The notes under the pieces are model-generated. The model did no database searches and was not told the origin of the DNA. It saw only the letters and a list, made by a program, of their open reading frames with translations. A DNA stretch of 64,000 bases from Felis catus (Eukaryota), in the NCBI RefSeq assembly GCF_018350175.1, contig NC_058369.1:9550001-9614000 (forward strand), read 5' to 3'. Below are positions 1-13,089 of this stretch, piece by piece (within the stretch, counting starts at the first letter, position 1; each line of letters begins with the position of its first letter). The position numbers were made by a program, and so were the translations under genes.

Positions 1-849
1 CCTTCTCCTCACGTGTTGTACTGTCGCCCTGGGCAGTGGGCAGTGAAGTCCTGCATTTCCTGGCGTCTCCTCTGTGCATTTCATCTACCCCTTGGCTTAA
101 ACGCAAACTTGGAAATTCCCTGTAGGCCATCAACTCCAAGGCCAAGAGGACCACCAGCAGCTTCAAATTAGTCCCCAAGAACGAAAGGGAAATCCAGCCC
201 AGGGAGAGGTCTGCCATGACTGCCCCCAAGGAAACCCAGTGAGGCCACGGAGAAGGGCCCCAAGAAGGGTCGAAAAAGCCAAGACATCTCCATGAAGGTT
301 CCCTCCCCCCCAGCCAGTGCCACTGGGCTCAGCAGGAAGTCCAAAGTCCAAGACGGAAAACAAAAGCTGAGAGCAAGACTCTGGTGGAGCCGGTTACTTT
401 CTATGACCTTCCATTTCCATTGGAAAGACCACCGTCCACAACGGTCCATTCCTTCTTAATCACTGGAAAACATCCCTACCTCCTCATCAGTAACCAGTAA
501 CCGCTGTCAACTCCAGCCACACGTGCCTAGAAGCGACACCAGCCACCTTCAAAATGCCTTTGCCCAGCACCCTCTCCTGCCTCCATCTCCTTCCTGGCCA
601 GCCTTGCGCAGGTTGGCTGTATATCATTTCCCTGCATTTCCTTCCCTCCTGGAAAGAGCCCGCCCCCGGATGAACCACACCAGTTGCCTTTCCCGTGCTT
701 CACATCAGTGATCTGGGCCGATGATGTTAAACTCATGATCTTAAGTTCGAGAAGTTAGGTGGGAGAGAATACCAGGGCATACTGGAGCATACTGCTAGGA
801 ATGACCCAATTTAGGGAAATTAATATCCTCCCATCATTAGAAACCCCAC

Positions 850-1480
850 CTCTGTCTCCAAATTTCCCTCCGGCCACCAATCCATTTCTCTGCTCCCCTT
901 CATAAAGAAGGAGTTGGCGGGGCGCCTGGGTGGCGCAGTCGGTTAAGCGTCCGACTTCAGCCAGGTCACGATCTCGCGGTCCGCGAGTTCGAGCCCCGCG
1001 TCGGGCTCTGTGCTGACAGCTCGGAGCCTGGAGCCTGTTTCCGATTCTGTGTCTCCCTGTCTCTCTGCCCCTCCCCCGTTCATGCTCTGTCTCTCTCTGT
1101 CCCAAAAATAAATAAAAACGTTGGGGAAAAAAATTTAATAAAAAAAAAGGAGTTGGCTTCACGCGTTGCTCCCACTTTTCCACCTTGATTTTTCCCCTCC
1201 CCTCCCCCCTAGACTGGCTTCTGCCTCCATCACTTAACCAAAACTCTTCCAGTGAGGATCACCAAAGACCTCCAGGCTGCCAAATCCCAGGCCCACCTTT
1301 CTGTGCTCGGATTCCTTGGCCACACATTCCTTTTGTGTTTCCTCCTGTCTTTCCTCTGCCTCCCCTTCCCACTCCTTTTCTACTCGATCTCGAAGCGTTG
1401 GTCTTCTCTGGGGCTCGGCCCTAGCTAACCTCTTCTCTACCCATATCCGCGTTCTAAAGGCCTCATGCATTGGGATATGT
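850..1480 (+). mobile_element. LINE-2 fragment interrupted by a SINE
   Basis: Degenerate L2 ORF2 motif (ctggcttctgcctccatcac...aaactctt...gatcaccaaagacctcc). Confidence 0.6.
919..1146 (+). mobile_element. Young felid CAN-SINE (SINEC_Fc-like)
   Basis: GGGGCGCCTGGGTGGCGCAG head, CT-rich region, A tail. TSD AAGGAGTTGGC at 908-918 and 1147-1157. Confidence 0.95.
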
Positions 1481-1489
1481 TGTGCCATC

Positions 1490-1700
1490 CCCCTAATGCC
1501 CTTCCCTCTCCCCCCAGTATCTATCCACTCTTCACTCTTCTTGGTGTCCTGGGAGAGGCAAGGTTGGCTCTTGGCTCATCTTCCTGCTTCCCAGGTAGGT
1601 TTGGTCAATGGGAAGCACCAACAGGAGACCAGAGGGAAGAAGGAGGCGTTCATCCCGTTTCCTCCCTACCACAGCTGGGTCCCGCTGTGCCTTCCCACAG
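1490..1700. mobile_element. ERVL LTR fragment (LTR33-like)
   Basis: ggtttggtcaatgggaagcaccaacaggagaccagaggg motif shared with ~8600 and ~47900. Confidence 0.5.
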
Positions 1701-1721
1701 GCACCTCCGACCGCACGGAAC

Positions 1722-2010
1722 TGTGTGTATCCATTTCCGAGGGCTCCCGTGACGAATTACTACACACCGGTGGCTTGAAACAACAGAAGTCTGTTATTTC
1801 AAAGTTGTAGAGGCCAGAACCCCACGATTAAGCTATCGAGAAGACAGAGCCGCCTCCGAAGGCTCTAGGCTAGGATGCTTCCTCGCCTCCTTCAGCTTCG
1901 GGGGGCTCTGGGCATTCCCCAGCTTGTGGCCATATCACTCCATCCTCTACTTCTGCCTTCACATGACCTTCTCCTGTGTCTCTCTCCCCCCCGCCTCCCC
2001 TCCTAGGAAG
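1722..2010 (-). mobile_element. MaLR LTR (MLT1B/C-like)
   Basis: ggtggcttgaaacaacagaa...gaggccagaa...gaaggctctagg...gccttcacatgacc; antisense match to the element at 37495. Confidence 0.75.
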
Positions 2011-4444
2011 GCTGGTCATAGAATTTGCTCACCATCACATGCTCAGCACCCCTTCCAGTGCCAGGCACCTAGCAAAACCCCAGTCGATGTTCATTGAACG
2101 AGCAAACGAATCCACGTCCACGTTTCCCTCTACATCTCCAGGGCAGCTCTTTCTGCGCCTTCCAATCTCCTGTCTTTTCTCTTCCAGCTCTCTCGGCTGT
2201 TGGGCTGGCAGCCCAAGTCAAACCGACTTTCCAGAAAGTCCCAAGCCCCCGATGCGACTCCTTCACCAGCTCCCCGTGCTGCCCTCCCCCCGCATGTTTG
2301 GGTCTGTCTGGCCTCTTCCTCTGAAGCTTCTCCTTGAAGCTTCAGCATTAAAAATAATAATAATAAACCCACATATTCTATGCCTCCAAAAGAAGCTTTT
2401 ACTTTTGCAAACTCTATTGATTTAATCCTAGAGGCTGCTGGCGGCGGTCCCAGGAGCTTAATCAATACGACAACACCCAGCACGGCCGGAACATCAGGGA
2501 ACCTCAGCCAAGACCTTCTGCTTGGGTCTTCACTGACCCTGACTGAAGCTCTCGCAACGAAGGAGAGAGATTTACAGTAGGGCACAGGACATTTGCAATC
2601 GCTCCAGGATCCTGCTTAGGTGAGCACAAGGAAATGCCTTCAAGCTTGAGGTGCTTTGGAGCTGTTCGTTAATTTGCCACTACAGCTGAGTCCCAGGGGG
2701 CCTAAGCAAGCAAGAAACCAAAGATAACAGAGAAACCCCGCAGGTTCTAGGACCTGAGTATAACCTCCCTGGTGGGATGACCAGGCAAAGGGGAGGTGGG
2801 GAACAATAAGACGAAGGGGGGAGAATGAAAACTTGAACCAGTTGAGACAGGACTTCCTCGACCCCGCAGCAGATACTAAGGGATCAGGGAAAGAGAGGGA
2901 GAAGGCCACGGAAGAAGGAGGTTGAGGGCGACTGAATCAGTGCCCAGGGTTTTAGAGGCCACTCATCTGCTTGAAGGAGCGGTCCAACAGTGCTTTGCAA
3001 TACCTTTGGTTTTCCAAGATGCAAAAACAGGGAGAGGAAGGGGACGCCCTACAGGAAGAAAGCAGAGGGGAGTATTTGTTAACTGGCGTAAACGCACGTT
3101 GAGTGCACATCACACCCCCGAGAACGCCGTGCTTAGATATTAGCCCCGGCACACCGACGACGAGGTAGTCTGGCCCCGGTATTCTGCATTCTGCCATAGT
3201 GACAAACACCTCCCGAATCTCGGCGGCCGAAAGCACCACAGGGCTCTTTTCTTGCTCGTGGTATGTGCCCACTGCAGGCGGGATGGGGACTCTGTTCTGC
3301 ACCCCACTCTCTCCCCAACACCTAGCCTGAGGGAGGCCTGAGTGAGAGCAGGGGCAGGCAGAAGGAACCGTGGTGCAAAGATACGACGGCTCTCAAAGCT
3401 TCTGCCCAGAAGCGACACATGTCGCTTGTCCTCGCATCCCGTTGGCCAAAGCAAGTCGTGTGGCCATGCCCAAGTTCAGGGAGGCGGGGAAAAGCACACT
3501 CTGCCGTGCGCCCACGGAAGAACCAGCCGTGTTAGCTGAGCAGGGGGAAGGATCTCTGCTCAGGGACCCGAAAACGACTTGCCCAAAGTCAAGCAGCTTC
3601 AGAGCTGGCAGAGGGGGGATCAGGGGTCAGGACCGTACGGCCCCACGTTCTTTCTTTAAGTGCTACGGCCGCTTGACCGGGGCACGTGACAGAAGCTGAG
3701 AATAAAATTGAGGCAACGCTAAGGAGAAGCATCAGCGGAGGCAGGGGGAAGAAGGGGCGAGGAAAAAGAACGCATCGGCCGAGGAAGAGACACAAGGAGC
3801 CAGGAAGTTTAGAGACCGTAACACATCACAAACATGGCGAAAGGGGAGGGGGGAGCTTCCCACCACTCTCAGGGGGCTCAACAGCAACAGGGGATGGAGA
3901 GGCCACTCCTGTGAGGCCACACAGGGGCACAACCACGAAAGGAACCCAAATGCTTCTTGTTCTTTCCCTGAAAGCCGCCCAGCAGATGCTACTCGGGGCT
4001 ACAGCAGCCCAGGAAGCCGAGGCCAGGGCTTGCCAGGACTCCCGTCGGCCGCACTGTCCCTCCCTGGACATTTTCCTGCCTGGTTCTGGGAAACCTGGAC
4101 CGGAGTCGGATGCTGTCCCACCACGGACGGTGCTGGCTTGTTCCTTCTGACCACGCCTTCCCCCCCCCGCCCCCCCCACCAACCCCTAGGCGCGCTGAAC
4201 GGGAAGGGTGACAGATTCTGGTGCCACCATGCACCCAGCCAGTACGCGGGAGGGAGCTCCAAGTAGATGGTAAGCCGGTTCCGCCCCAGAGCGAGGCTTC
4301 TGGAAAGCACTCACCATCGCTGCCAACGCACCATGGCCGTCGCAGCTGTGAGCTCGTCTCAGGCACCGCCTAAGTGCTGCCTGCACGTCGGTTCCCTGAG
4401 CCTTCTTCTCCTATCTGTCCAGAAATCCTACTGGTCAACCTTCA

Positions 4445-4657
4445 GATTATATCCCGAATTGGTGGTTGCCAGGACCTGGAGGGAGGCGGGGTGGGGAGTG
4501 AGTACTACCGGGTATAGAGTTTCCTTTTTGGGGAATGAAATGTGAGTCTCAGGAGAGGTGATGGGGGCCCCACGTCGTGAAGTCCCAAAGGCCACTGAAT
4601 TGTGCACCTCAAAGTGGGAACTTTTATGTTACACGATTTCGCCACAGTAAAAACATT
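4445..4657 (+). mobile_element. Old L1M 3' end
   Basis: gtggttgccagg...gggtatagagtttcc...ccactgaattgtgcac...aacttttatgtta. Confidence 0.7.
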
Positions 4658-4885
4658 TTTTTGTTTATTTACCTTTTGAGAGAGAGAAAGAGAGAGCTAT
4701 GTGCATGCAGGGAAGGGGCAGAGAGAGAGAGAGAGAGAGAGAGAAATACCAGGCAGGCTCCACACTATCAGCACAGAGGTCAGCTCAGCACCCAACGAGG
4801 GGCTCGAACTCATGAACCGTGAGATCATGACCCGGGCCGAAACCAAGAGTCGGATGCTCCGCGGGCTGAGCCACCCAGGTGCCCC
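4658..4885 (-). mobile_element. CAN-SINE
   Basis: Antisense SINE body. TSD CACRGTAAAAACATT at 4643-4657 and 4886-4900. Confidence 0.9.
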
Positions 4886-4929
4886 CACGGTAAAAACATT
4901 AAAAATTTTTTTTTGCTAGGGTCCAAACA

Positions 4930-5560
4930 CTCTTCATTATGTCCACAGCCAACATTTTGGCCCTGCCCCCCCGCCTGGACCAGAACAGTCACCTCCTCCC
5001 GAGTGTTTCACCCCCTACGGTGGTCGGAGGGACCTGTGAACATCTGAGTCTAGTCACAACCCTCCTCTGTTCAGAACCCTCCTCGCCCCCCACCTCACTC
5101 ACAGCAAAAGCCAAAGTCATCCTCACAGTCCACAAGGCCACGCCCAACTGTCCTGTCCTCTCCCCGCCCTCCCTTCTGCCCACTGTCCCCTTTGCTCCTC
5201 CCTTTCAGCCACGCCAGCCTCCTCGCTGTTCCTCAGATATAGCACACACGACCCTACCTCAGGGCCTTTGCATACGCTCTTCCCTCTTCCCCCAGACACC
5301 GCCATGGCTTCCTCCTTGGCTCAAATGACAGCTCCTCCTCCTGGAGGCCTTATCCAACACAGCAACTGGCCTCCCCATGCCCTTTCCTTGCCGTTTCTCC
5401 CCGTTGCCCTTATAATCTTCCACAGTACTGCGCAATTAACTTGTTATTTTGCTTCTCGTTCATCCCATGTCTCTCCCAGTGAGACTGCAGCCCCAAAAGG
5501 GCAAGGACTTTTGTCTGTTTCCCGTGTCTAGAAGAGTGCCTTGCTCACTACGTGCAGCCC
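4930..5560 (+). mobile_element. LINE-2 3' region
   Basis: ctcagggcctttgcatacgct...gggcaaggactttgtctgttt...tctagaagagtgcct. Confidence 0.7.
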
Positions 5561-6550
5561 TAGGACTCAGACACTATTTTCCAGACATTTTATAAAGCAG
5601 GAAAACAGAAACCCAGTATCAGGCACGCAGTGAGTAATGGAGGACCAGTCACCAAGCTCAGCCTGATTTCACAGCCCTGGTTCTCAGCCACAATGATTGT
5701 TCTTTTCAATACTCACACAGCAAGGATACACTGAACACCTACTAGGGGCCAGGCAGCATTCTAGGCGCTAAAGATGTGACAGGGGACGACGCGGGCAGAG
5801 CTCAGAGCTCATGGAGGTGACACTGTCCCTGGCTCAACATTTTCCTGCCCCAACTCTCACCCACCTTCACATTTGGGACTGACATCATTCGGCCCCATGG
5901 TCTGAGATGCTCCAAGACGGGGGCTGGGTATGCGATCCAAGCCACCTCCCCGTGGTGCTTCTAGGCCAGCTTTCATGACAGTTTGTCATTGTATGACATA
6001 TGACATCACATGAAGGCACGACGACTCGTCAGCCCCACTGTCTTCCCAATGGACAGGGATCCCCGTGAACTGAGGCACCTCATGATGGATTTCTCTCCAT
6101 CCCGTGTTTGCAGATTTACGGGTGAACGGGGGAGCCCGGAGCCCCTTTGTCCGACAGCCAGCCCCTGATTTCTCGACCCCAGACAAATCCTCAGCTCTCT
6201 GTCCCTGGAACCTGAGACCTCAGCCCCTCCCTTGAGCTGTGTTACAAATTTTGTGGTGGTTTTTTTTTTTGCCTTCCATATTTCACTCCGGACGTAGACA
6301 GTTCTTGCCCAAATGTCACCTGCACCCCAGCCACGTCCACACATCCCTGTACGTTGCGATAAGTGCTACTGAGGAATGATGGGGGAGGACGGAGTGGGGT
6401 GGGGGGGAGGCCTGATATCAGGACGCATGTCCCGCTGGCCCGGCACGCTCTCCTGAAAGACAGGAGCAAAGGAGAGCAAGAAAAGCTGGCTTTGTCAGTG
6501 CAGGAGGGTATAAACAAAGGAATACGGAAAAACTTGCCAATACATAACAT

Positions 6551-6770
6551 CAGACCTCGGCAAACTGTGGTCTTCGCAAACTAGGGCCCGTGGCCTGTTT
6601 TTTAAATAAAGTTTTATTGGAAGACAGCCACTCCTGTTCATCTCCTTATTGTCCGCGGGTGCCTTCGCGACAACAGCAGAGCTGAGCGGTCCCAACAGAG
6701 ACCCGTGGCCTGCAAACCTTCAGACCTTCACTGTCCAGCCCTTGGGCAAAAACCGTTTGCTGGCCCCCGC
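6551..6770. mobile_element. hAT-Charlie MITE (MER58A-like)
   Basis: ggcaaact...aaataaagttttattggaa.acagcca...gtttgc.g.ccc with degenerate TIRs. Confidence 0.8.
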
Positions 6771-6952
6771 AGCGTAAGCATAATACAGAACTCCGTGTTG
6801 ACAGTCTAAGTACTCGCAGCACATAGTAACATATAATTGTACAATATAAAATAACACAATTTGCAATGTAACTACCATCTGGATTGAGTGCTTCTTCTGG
6901 GTGGGGCGGTGGACCAAGCCTTCCTGCCTACGCTATTGCATTAAACCTGCTT

Positions 6953-7169
6953 GGGGCGCCTGGGTGGCGCAGTCGGTTAAGCGTCCGACTTCAGCCAGGT
7001 CACGATCTCACGGTCTGTGAGTTTGAGCCCCGCATCGGGCTCTGGGCTGATGGCTCAGAGCCTGGAGCCTGTTTCCGATTCTGTGTCTCCTTCTCTCTCT
7101 CTGCCCCTCCCCCGTTCATGCTCTGTCTCTCTCTGTCCCAAAAATAAATAAACGTTGAAAAAAAAAAAA
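6953..7169 (+). mobile_element. Young felid CAN-SINE
   Basis: Full body and A tail. TSD AAACCTGCT. Confidence 0.95.
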
Positions 7170-7224
7170 AAACCTGCTCAACAGCTCCTGGAATGAGGAC
7201 ATCATCACTGTCGTTCTCACTAAG

Positions 7225-7510
7225 GCCGCAGACCCTGGAGCCGAGCAGCCTGGGTTCCAATCCCACCTCTGTCACTCATGGAGCACGAAACTGGAGAAGA
7301 GGTACTCTCCCCGTCCTGGTTTTCTCTTCCGCCACCTGGGAGGATGACAATGGCACCTATCCCTCGAGGCAGTAAGAGGACAAACCTATTTGATGCAAGT
7401 GAGGCGCCCGGCATACTGTCCAGAACTTCCGAACAGAGGCACACAGAGGTGAAGTCGCTTGCCGATACGGTCAAGCCCAAGCGGTCGAGCTGGGATCCGA
7501 ACCTGTGTGG
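7225..7510. mobile_element. MIR fragments
   Basis: cctgggttccaatcccacctctgtcact; cacagaggtgaagtcgcttgcc. Confidence 0.6.
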
Positions 7511-8559
7511 CCATCGCTGCCGGAAGCTGGGATCCGGCAAAGGGGGGAGGAAGGTGATGAACACCAGGAACCGCGAGCTCATGAGAGGCGGGGCCAGCAC
7601 CCCACCCTAGGGGACTTGGGTCTGTCCGCCTCCCTCCCCATTGCTGTCCCGGACCTTGGACGGTGGCTGGAAGGCTGGAACCTGGCTGGTGGCTGCCAGC
7701 AGCAATGAGGGGCTGTTCTTCCGCTCTCCACCGAGGGGAGGACAGGCCGGTTAAACTTGAATGGAGGAAGGCAAGCCAGTGACGGCCCCTATCATCACAG
7801 AGCTTTGGAGGATTTCAAAGAAGGAGGCAAGGCTGGGAGGGGAAGGGCCATTGTTACCGCTGCTGGGCTGACCCTGGAGGGGGCTGGGTAGCGGGAGCCA
7901 CTGCTAACAAAGCTGGATCCGAACTGGGGGGCGGGGGGGGGGGGTGGCAAGAGCCGTTGTTGGCACAGCCAGGCTACAATTTCATTTGTGCACCTACCTG
8001 TGGCTGCTAAGACAGGCTCCAAAGAGAGGGAGGGGCAGGAAGCAACCAGGGGAGTTGTTCCTGCCCATGGGACCTGGAGTCCGCCTCCCTGGACTCAGCC
8101 CAAGGGGCCTCTCCTAGAGGCGACCTCCCACAAGATGGTCACTTGCTTCAGGTAGGAAGCCTCCCTTGCTGCCTCACCCAGGCGCCTTCCCTCCACCCCA
8201 GGGGCAACGGGCTGCCTGCTAAGACCCCAACTACCAGCTCTCCAAGCAGAGGGCCCCACTCTCAAAGCCTGGCAGAGAACCGAATTCCTTTTGAAGCTTA
8301 AAAAAATCTCCACTCGGCAAGAAAAGAGCGAGGGAGAGAAGAGAAAACGAGACAGGAGGCACAAGCAGGTAGAGGGACCCAATGACCACCGTCAACAGCA
8401 ATAATAATAGCAGCAAAATAGACTTTCGACGCCAGGGGACTGGTCGCTCCTGGTGAAAAAAAGACAATGTGATGGGTCCGCTAAGCCTTGTCTCCCTGGA
8501 TGCACACACGGCCTAAACGTCCCAGCCTCCCCTGCAGTTCAGTGGGCCACAGGCGCTGG

Positions 8560-8890
8560 CTGTCTTCTGCTACCCAGGGTCCACGATCCCTCCTCTACCC
8601 TGCTACGCCTGGGGAGCCTGACCTGTGTAGACGGCCTCATTCGACTCCCTGCCTCTGGCTTCCACCTGGGTTTGGACAATGGGGAGCCGTGGCAGGAGCT
8701 GGAGAGAGGGCATGATGCTGGGGCATCTATTCTGTTGATTTTCTCGGGTGGCGGCTTGAGTCGGGTGGCTTTCTCTCTCTCTCTCTCTCTCAATTCCTCC
8801 TTTCTTCTCTTGTGTTGGTTAACTGCCCACATCTCCTAATTCAATTCTTGAAGGACGTCTCCTGATTCCTACCGACATCCTCACTGATAC
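8560..8890. mobile_element. ERVL LTR fragment (LTR33/41-like)
   Basis: cctctggcttcc...gggtttggacaatggggagccgtggcaggag. Confidence 0.5.
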
Positions 8891-8989
8891 ACCTCGGGGG
8901 GAAACTCTAGTCAACAGAAGGCTGGCGGAAGGCGGAAGTGAGGTTCCCTACTTCCGCTCCAGCAGGCGGCACGCAGGGACGCACCTTTA

Positions 8990-9450
8990 AAGGGGTCACT
9001 CCCACCTGCTCCGTGAGGCTGGCTCCACCTCCAACACCAGAGGCAGACCACGTGACCCAGGCCTACGCCAATCAGAGCGCCCCTTTCCCCCCGCTTCCTA
9101 GTTCCCCACGAAGACTGGGTCAGGCCTGAGCACGTGACCCCCGGCAGAGCCAATCAAAAGCAGCAAGTCATTTACCGAGAAGGCTGGGGTAAGGGCTGGG
9201 AAAGAGAATTACTTCGGATGTTTGGGGAGGCCCCAAATACTGAAACTGCCGCCACGTCCTGGCCGCAGGGAGAATGGAGCCAGCTTCGAAAAGCACAGCC
9301 CGGAAACCAGGGCCTAATGATGTCATCTGATCCCCGGATCCAGACGCGCCGGTCATGTCCTGGACTCTTCCGTCTATGCGCTAGTATATTAAACTCCCGT
9401 CTGCTTGCTTAAGCCCCTTTGAGTTTTCTGCCCCGGGCAACCCAAGGGCA
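8990..9450 (+). mobile_element. Old MaLR LTR (MLT1K/L-like) with duplicated E-box/CCAAT module
   Basis: cacgtgaccc...ccaatca occurs twice; 3' gatccccggatcca...gcttaagcc...gagttttctg. Confidence 0.6.
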
Positions 9451-10559
9451 CTAATGGATTCACGTAGGGAAATGTGGTGAGTCCTCAGTCTGTGTCACGT
9501 CTCAAGTTTCGGAGGCACGTATTTTATTTTAACTCTGACTTGACAGTCAAAGAAACTGAGGTCTGGTAAATTACTCAGGCGCGCCCAGTAGGAAATGGTC
9601 TGCAAGCCTCTGTTTGGGGAGCTGGTGCGTGACCTTGCAGAAACCGCATGGGGCCGAAGGTCAAGGACTGGATTCCAATCCCCAAACCAACATCTTGCGT
9701 GTGATCTCAAGAGTGCCCATTAGGGGAACCTCATCCTATCGTAAAACAGACAAAAATCCTTGCGTGTCTCCCCCACGCATCTCCGAGGGTGGGTGGGGGG
9801 TGACCCATGAAGCCATGACTAAAGGTGTTTGGAAGGAAAGGCTATCAACTCGTTGCTGTTATTGTCAGTAATAAACGACCATTGTTGAGCTGCTTCCAGA
9901 AAACCCTGGGGGCCAGGGGCTGTCCAGCTACTCTCTTGGCTAGAATTCCAAAGACCATCTGTGGCAAACACGTCCTCCAGAGCACATACCCTTGGCAGGA
10001 ACACAAACTGCTTTCCTCACCCAGAAAACTCAACCAGAAAAGGAACAGAGATAGAGAGAGGGGAGAGGGAGGGGGGAAAAAAAAATCACGTCAGCTCAAA
10101 ACCTCTTGCTGTCTGATCAATGATTTCTATCTCCACAATCACCATCCCAGTCCAAGGTCTTCCTTGAAGGACCAAAGTCACTTCCTCACTGATCTCCTGG
10201 CTTTCGTTCTCGCCCAGGGTCCAATCCATTCTCCACGTAGCAACCAGTGGGGCCGTTCACAGATGCCATCTCACTGCATCGCTGTTTCCGTGGCTGGATG
10301 GCGCCTTTAGGATAAATACCACATTCCTAAACATCTGCCACAGGACCTTTCGCATGCTGTTTCCTCTGGTCACAACAGATTTCTCACCACTCCTGCCCCC
10401 ACAACCGCATGCACGGAAGCGCTGAGCGCACCTGTTGTGTCTGTCGCTGTAACCCAGTGCCTGGTACGTAATCAGTGCTCAAAAAAAAAGTATTTGTGGC
10501 TTGACTAGCAGATCGGACCTAAGGAAGTCGAAGTTAAGCAGTCAGAGAGGTTGTCTTCT

Positions 10560-11830
10560 GGATCATGAGGCAAGTCATTGGACTTTATAAGGAATGGTGC
10601 TGGCACAGCCCTTCTGGAAATTGGGTCTCTACCACATGCTGGACTCCAAAATCAATTCCAAGCTGATCAAAGACATACGGCGAGAAAAACTGTAAAACTT
10701 TTAGAAGTAAAGATACAGTATCTCCCATGACCTCACAGCGGAAACGGTTTTCTCACAGAACGTACACAACCCACAAACTGTAAAGGAGAAGACTTCTAAA
10801 TTCAAGAAGATTAAGATTAAGAATTGCCGTGTCGGTGCCTGGGAGGCTCCCTCAGTTAAGCGTCCGACTCTTGGTTTTCGGCTCAGGTCATGATCTCTCA
10901 GTCTGGGAGTTCGAGCCCCGCATTGGGCTCCACGCTGACAGTGTAGAACCTGCTCGGGTTTCTCTCTCTCTCTCTCTCTCTCTCCCTCTCTCTCTGCCCC
11001 TCCCCTGCTCACGCTCTCTCCTCTCTCTCTCAAAATAAATAAACTTAAAAAAAAAAAAAAAAAAAGAACCACGGTTGATCAAAAGACCTCATAAAAGAAA
11101 AGGATCAAAAGGCAAGTCAAGAGAAGATACCGCACAGCATATAATGATGGATGACCTATTTCCAGAATAGACAGGGGTCATCTAGAGATCGGTATGGAAA
11201 AAAAAAAAAAATCAACCCAATAAAAAAGTGGACGCGACGTGAAGGGCGCCTCCCAAAGGAAGGAACTTGAATAACCGATAAATGTATGTTCACCCGTTTT
11301 GTGATGGGGGGGGGGGGGGAGCACAGGCAAATCACAGCAAGAAATCACGCATTTCTTAGAAGGGCTGCAGTTCAAGGGTGACGATGCCCAGTGTTGGTGG
11401 GCAGCTTGGGCACTCGGTCACTGCCAGTGCAAGTGTAAACAAGGACGGGCATGGAACATCGCGGTTCAGTCTGTTTAGCAAAAAGGAAGAGGCGCTGATT
11501 TTAATACCCCGCGACCCGGCTGGGCCCGCGCCCTCAAGACACGCCCGCGTGCACGCAGCAAAACCCGCGCACAATGAGCCACGTGGCTCATCATGGCGCC
11601 CAGAAGGGATGCAAACCCACGTGTGTCCATCGGTGAGCGCGACAAGGATGAAACGTACAAACGGACCTGCCGGCCAGCGCAGCAAAACGCACGACGGTTC
11701 GTATCGCGTGAGTTTATTTATGCAAAGTTCAAAACCACAGACCACGTAAGGACGCTGCTTAGGGCCGCACACCTAGGCGGGAAAACCACCAAGGAAAGCC
11801 AGCTAACGACTCCCATAGGATCCTCCCCGG
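10560..11830 (+). mobile_element. Old L1M (L1ME-like) 3' region, interrupted by a SINE
   Basis: aaaactgtaaaacttttagaag; acaacccaataaaaaagtgg-like; cactgccagtgcaagtgtaaac; tttatgcaaagttcaaaacca. Confidence 0.7.
10833..11065 (+). mobile_element. CAN-SINE
   Basis: SINE body, (CT)n, A tail. Confidence 0.9.
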
Positions 11831-11902
11831 CGCTTTGTGACGCAGAACGGGGGGCTCCGAGGGGATGGGGGGTTCTGGCTCCGGACGGGCACTTCATGGT
11901 TG

Positions 11903-12088
11903 GTATGTATGTATGTATGTATGTATGTATGTATGTATGTATTTATTTATTTAGAGATGGGGGAGGGGCAGAGAGAGAGAGAATCCCAAGCAGGCTCCGA
12001 GGTGTCAGTGCCGAGCCTGACGCGGGGATCGTACTCCCGAACTTTGAGATCGTGAGCTGAGCTGAAGTCAGACTGAGCCACCCACCCC
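11903..12088 (-). mobile_element. CAN-SINE whose tail has become a (CATA)n microsatellite
   Basis: About 10 GTAT units on the plus strand, then TATT units and an antisense SINE body. Confidence 0.85.
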
Positions 12089-12183
12089 AAGGCTGGTCTT
12101 TAAAATGTCCATCTACGTTCCTACATTCTTCCCCGGGTTCTGTGCGCCTGTGTCTCAGACACACAGGCACACGTGTGCGCGTG

Positions 12184-12227
<44 letters not shown>

Positions 12228-13089
12228 CAGAGACTGACAAGAAACCATAAGATGCAGGAACCAAGGGATGGTTTACGAAGAGAAAGGGAAAAGGGACAAA
12301 CACCCAGAGAGAAAGTGAAAACGTAACCGGGACACAGGAAATGAAAATAGATGAAGACGAGTCTGAAAGCAAGACGAAGGAAATGAAAAATGGGAAGACG
12401 GAGGGAGAACATTGTCAAGGGTCCCTGGGCGGGGGGGGGGGGGGGGGTGCGGGGGGAGATACAAGACACAATATTCTCCCTCTTCTGTATCGTCCCTGTC
12501 TCCCTGCCCCCACCACCCTCCCCTGGGTCCCTTTCTCCCCCCTCCCCCCCCAGCACTATCCCCGTCCCTCCAATTCCTTCTCCTGCTTCTTCCAGTCTCT
12601 GCCTCTCGTCTCCCTCCTCCTTTTCCTCCTCCACCTCCCCTACGCACACGCGCACACGCCCTTTGAACAGACATTTGTCAAGTGGCTGCTCTGTGCCCGA
12701 CACAGTGCGAAAGACAGAGGGAGGCCACAGCTGGGGGACACGGGGACGGCGGCACTCAGGCAGGGACCCGTGGGCCACCTGTGACTCTCTCCCCCTCATT
12801 AACTTCACTATCAAACGCTCCCCGGCGTCACAAGTTGTAGGTCTTCTTTATGAAATATTTAACTAGGAGAAACCCAACTGGGATGAAACCTCTCATTGGT
12901 GGCGGCCCCAGGAGAGCAGAACACGGGCCCTGCTGCTGGCATTAACCTGGGCTGCCGGCAGGCCCGGGGCGGGGGGGGGGGGGGGCACGGGTGGGGGTGG
13001 CAACACCACCGGGGCCAGGAAGACGTGGACGTGCTCCCAGCACCCCCCTTGGGTGTCCGGGGAAGGGGGCCGCAAAAACTCCGAAAGCG

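Noticed and set aside
919..1000. tRNA gene
   Set aside because: The A/B-box-like heads belong to tRNA-derived SINEs; no standalone tRNA was seen.
5722..5729. Internal GTATCCTT U12-like donor on the minus strand (recursive minor splicing?)
   Set aside because: About one RTATCCTT is expected by chance in 29 kb, and there is no adjacent U12 branch point or acceptor.
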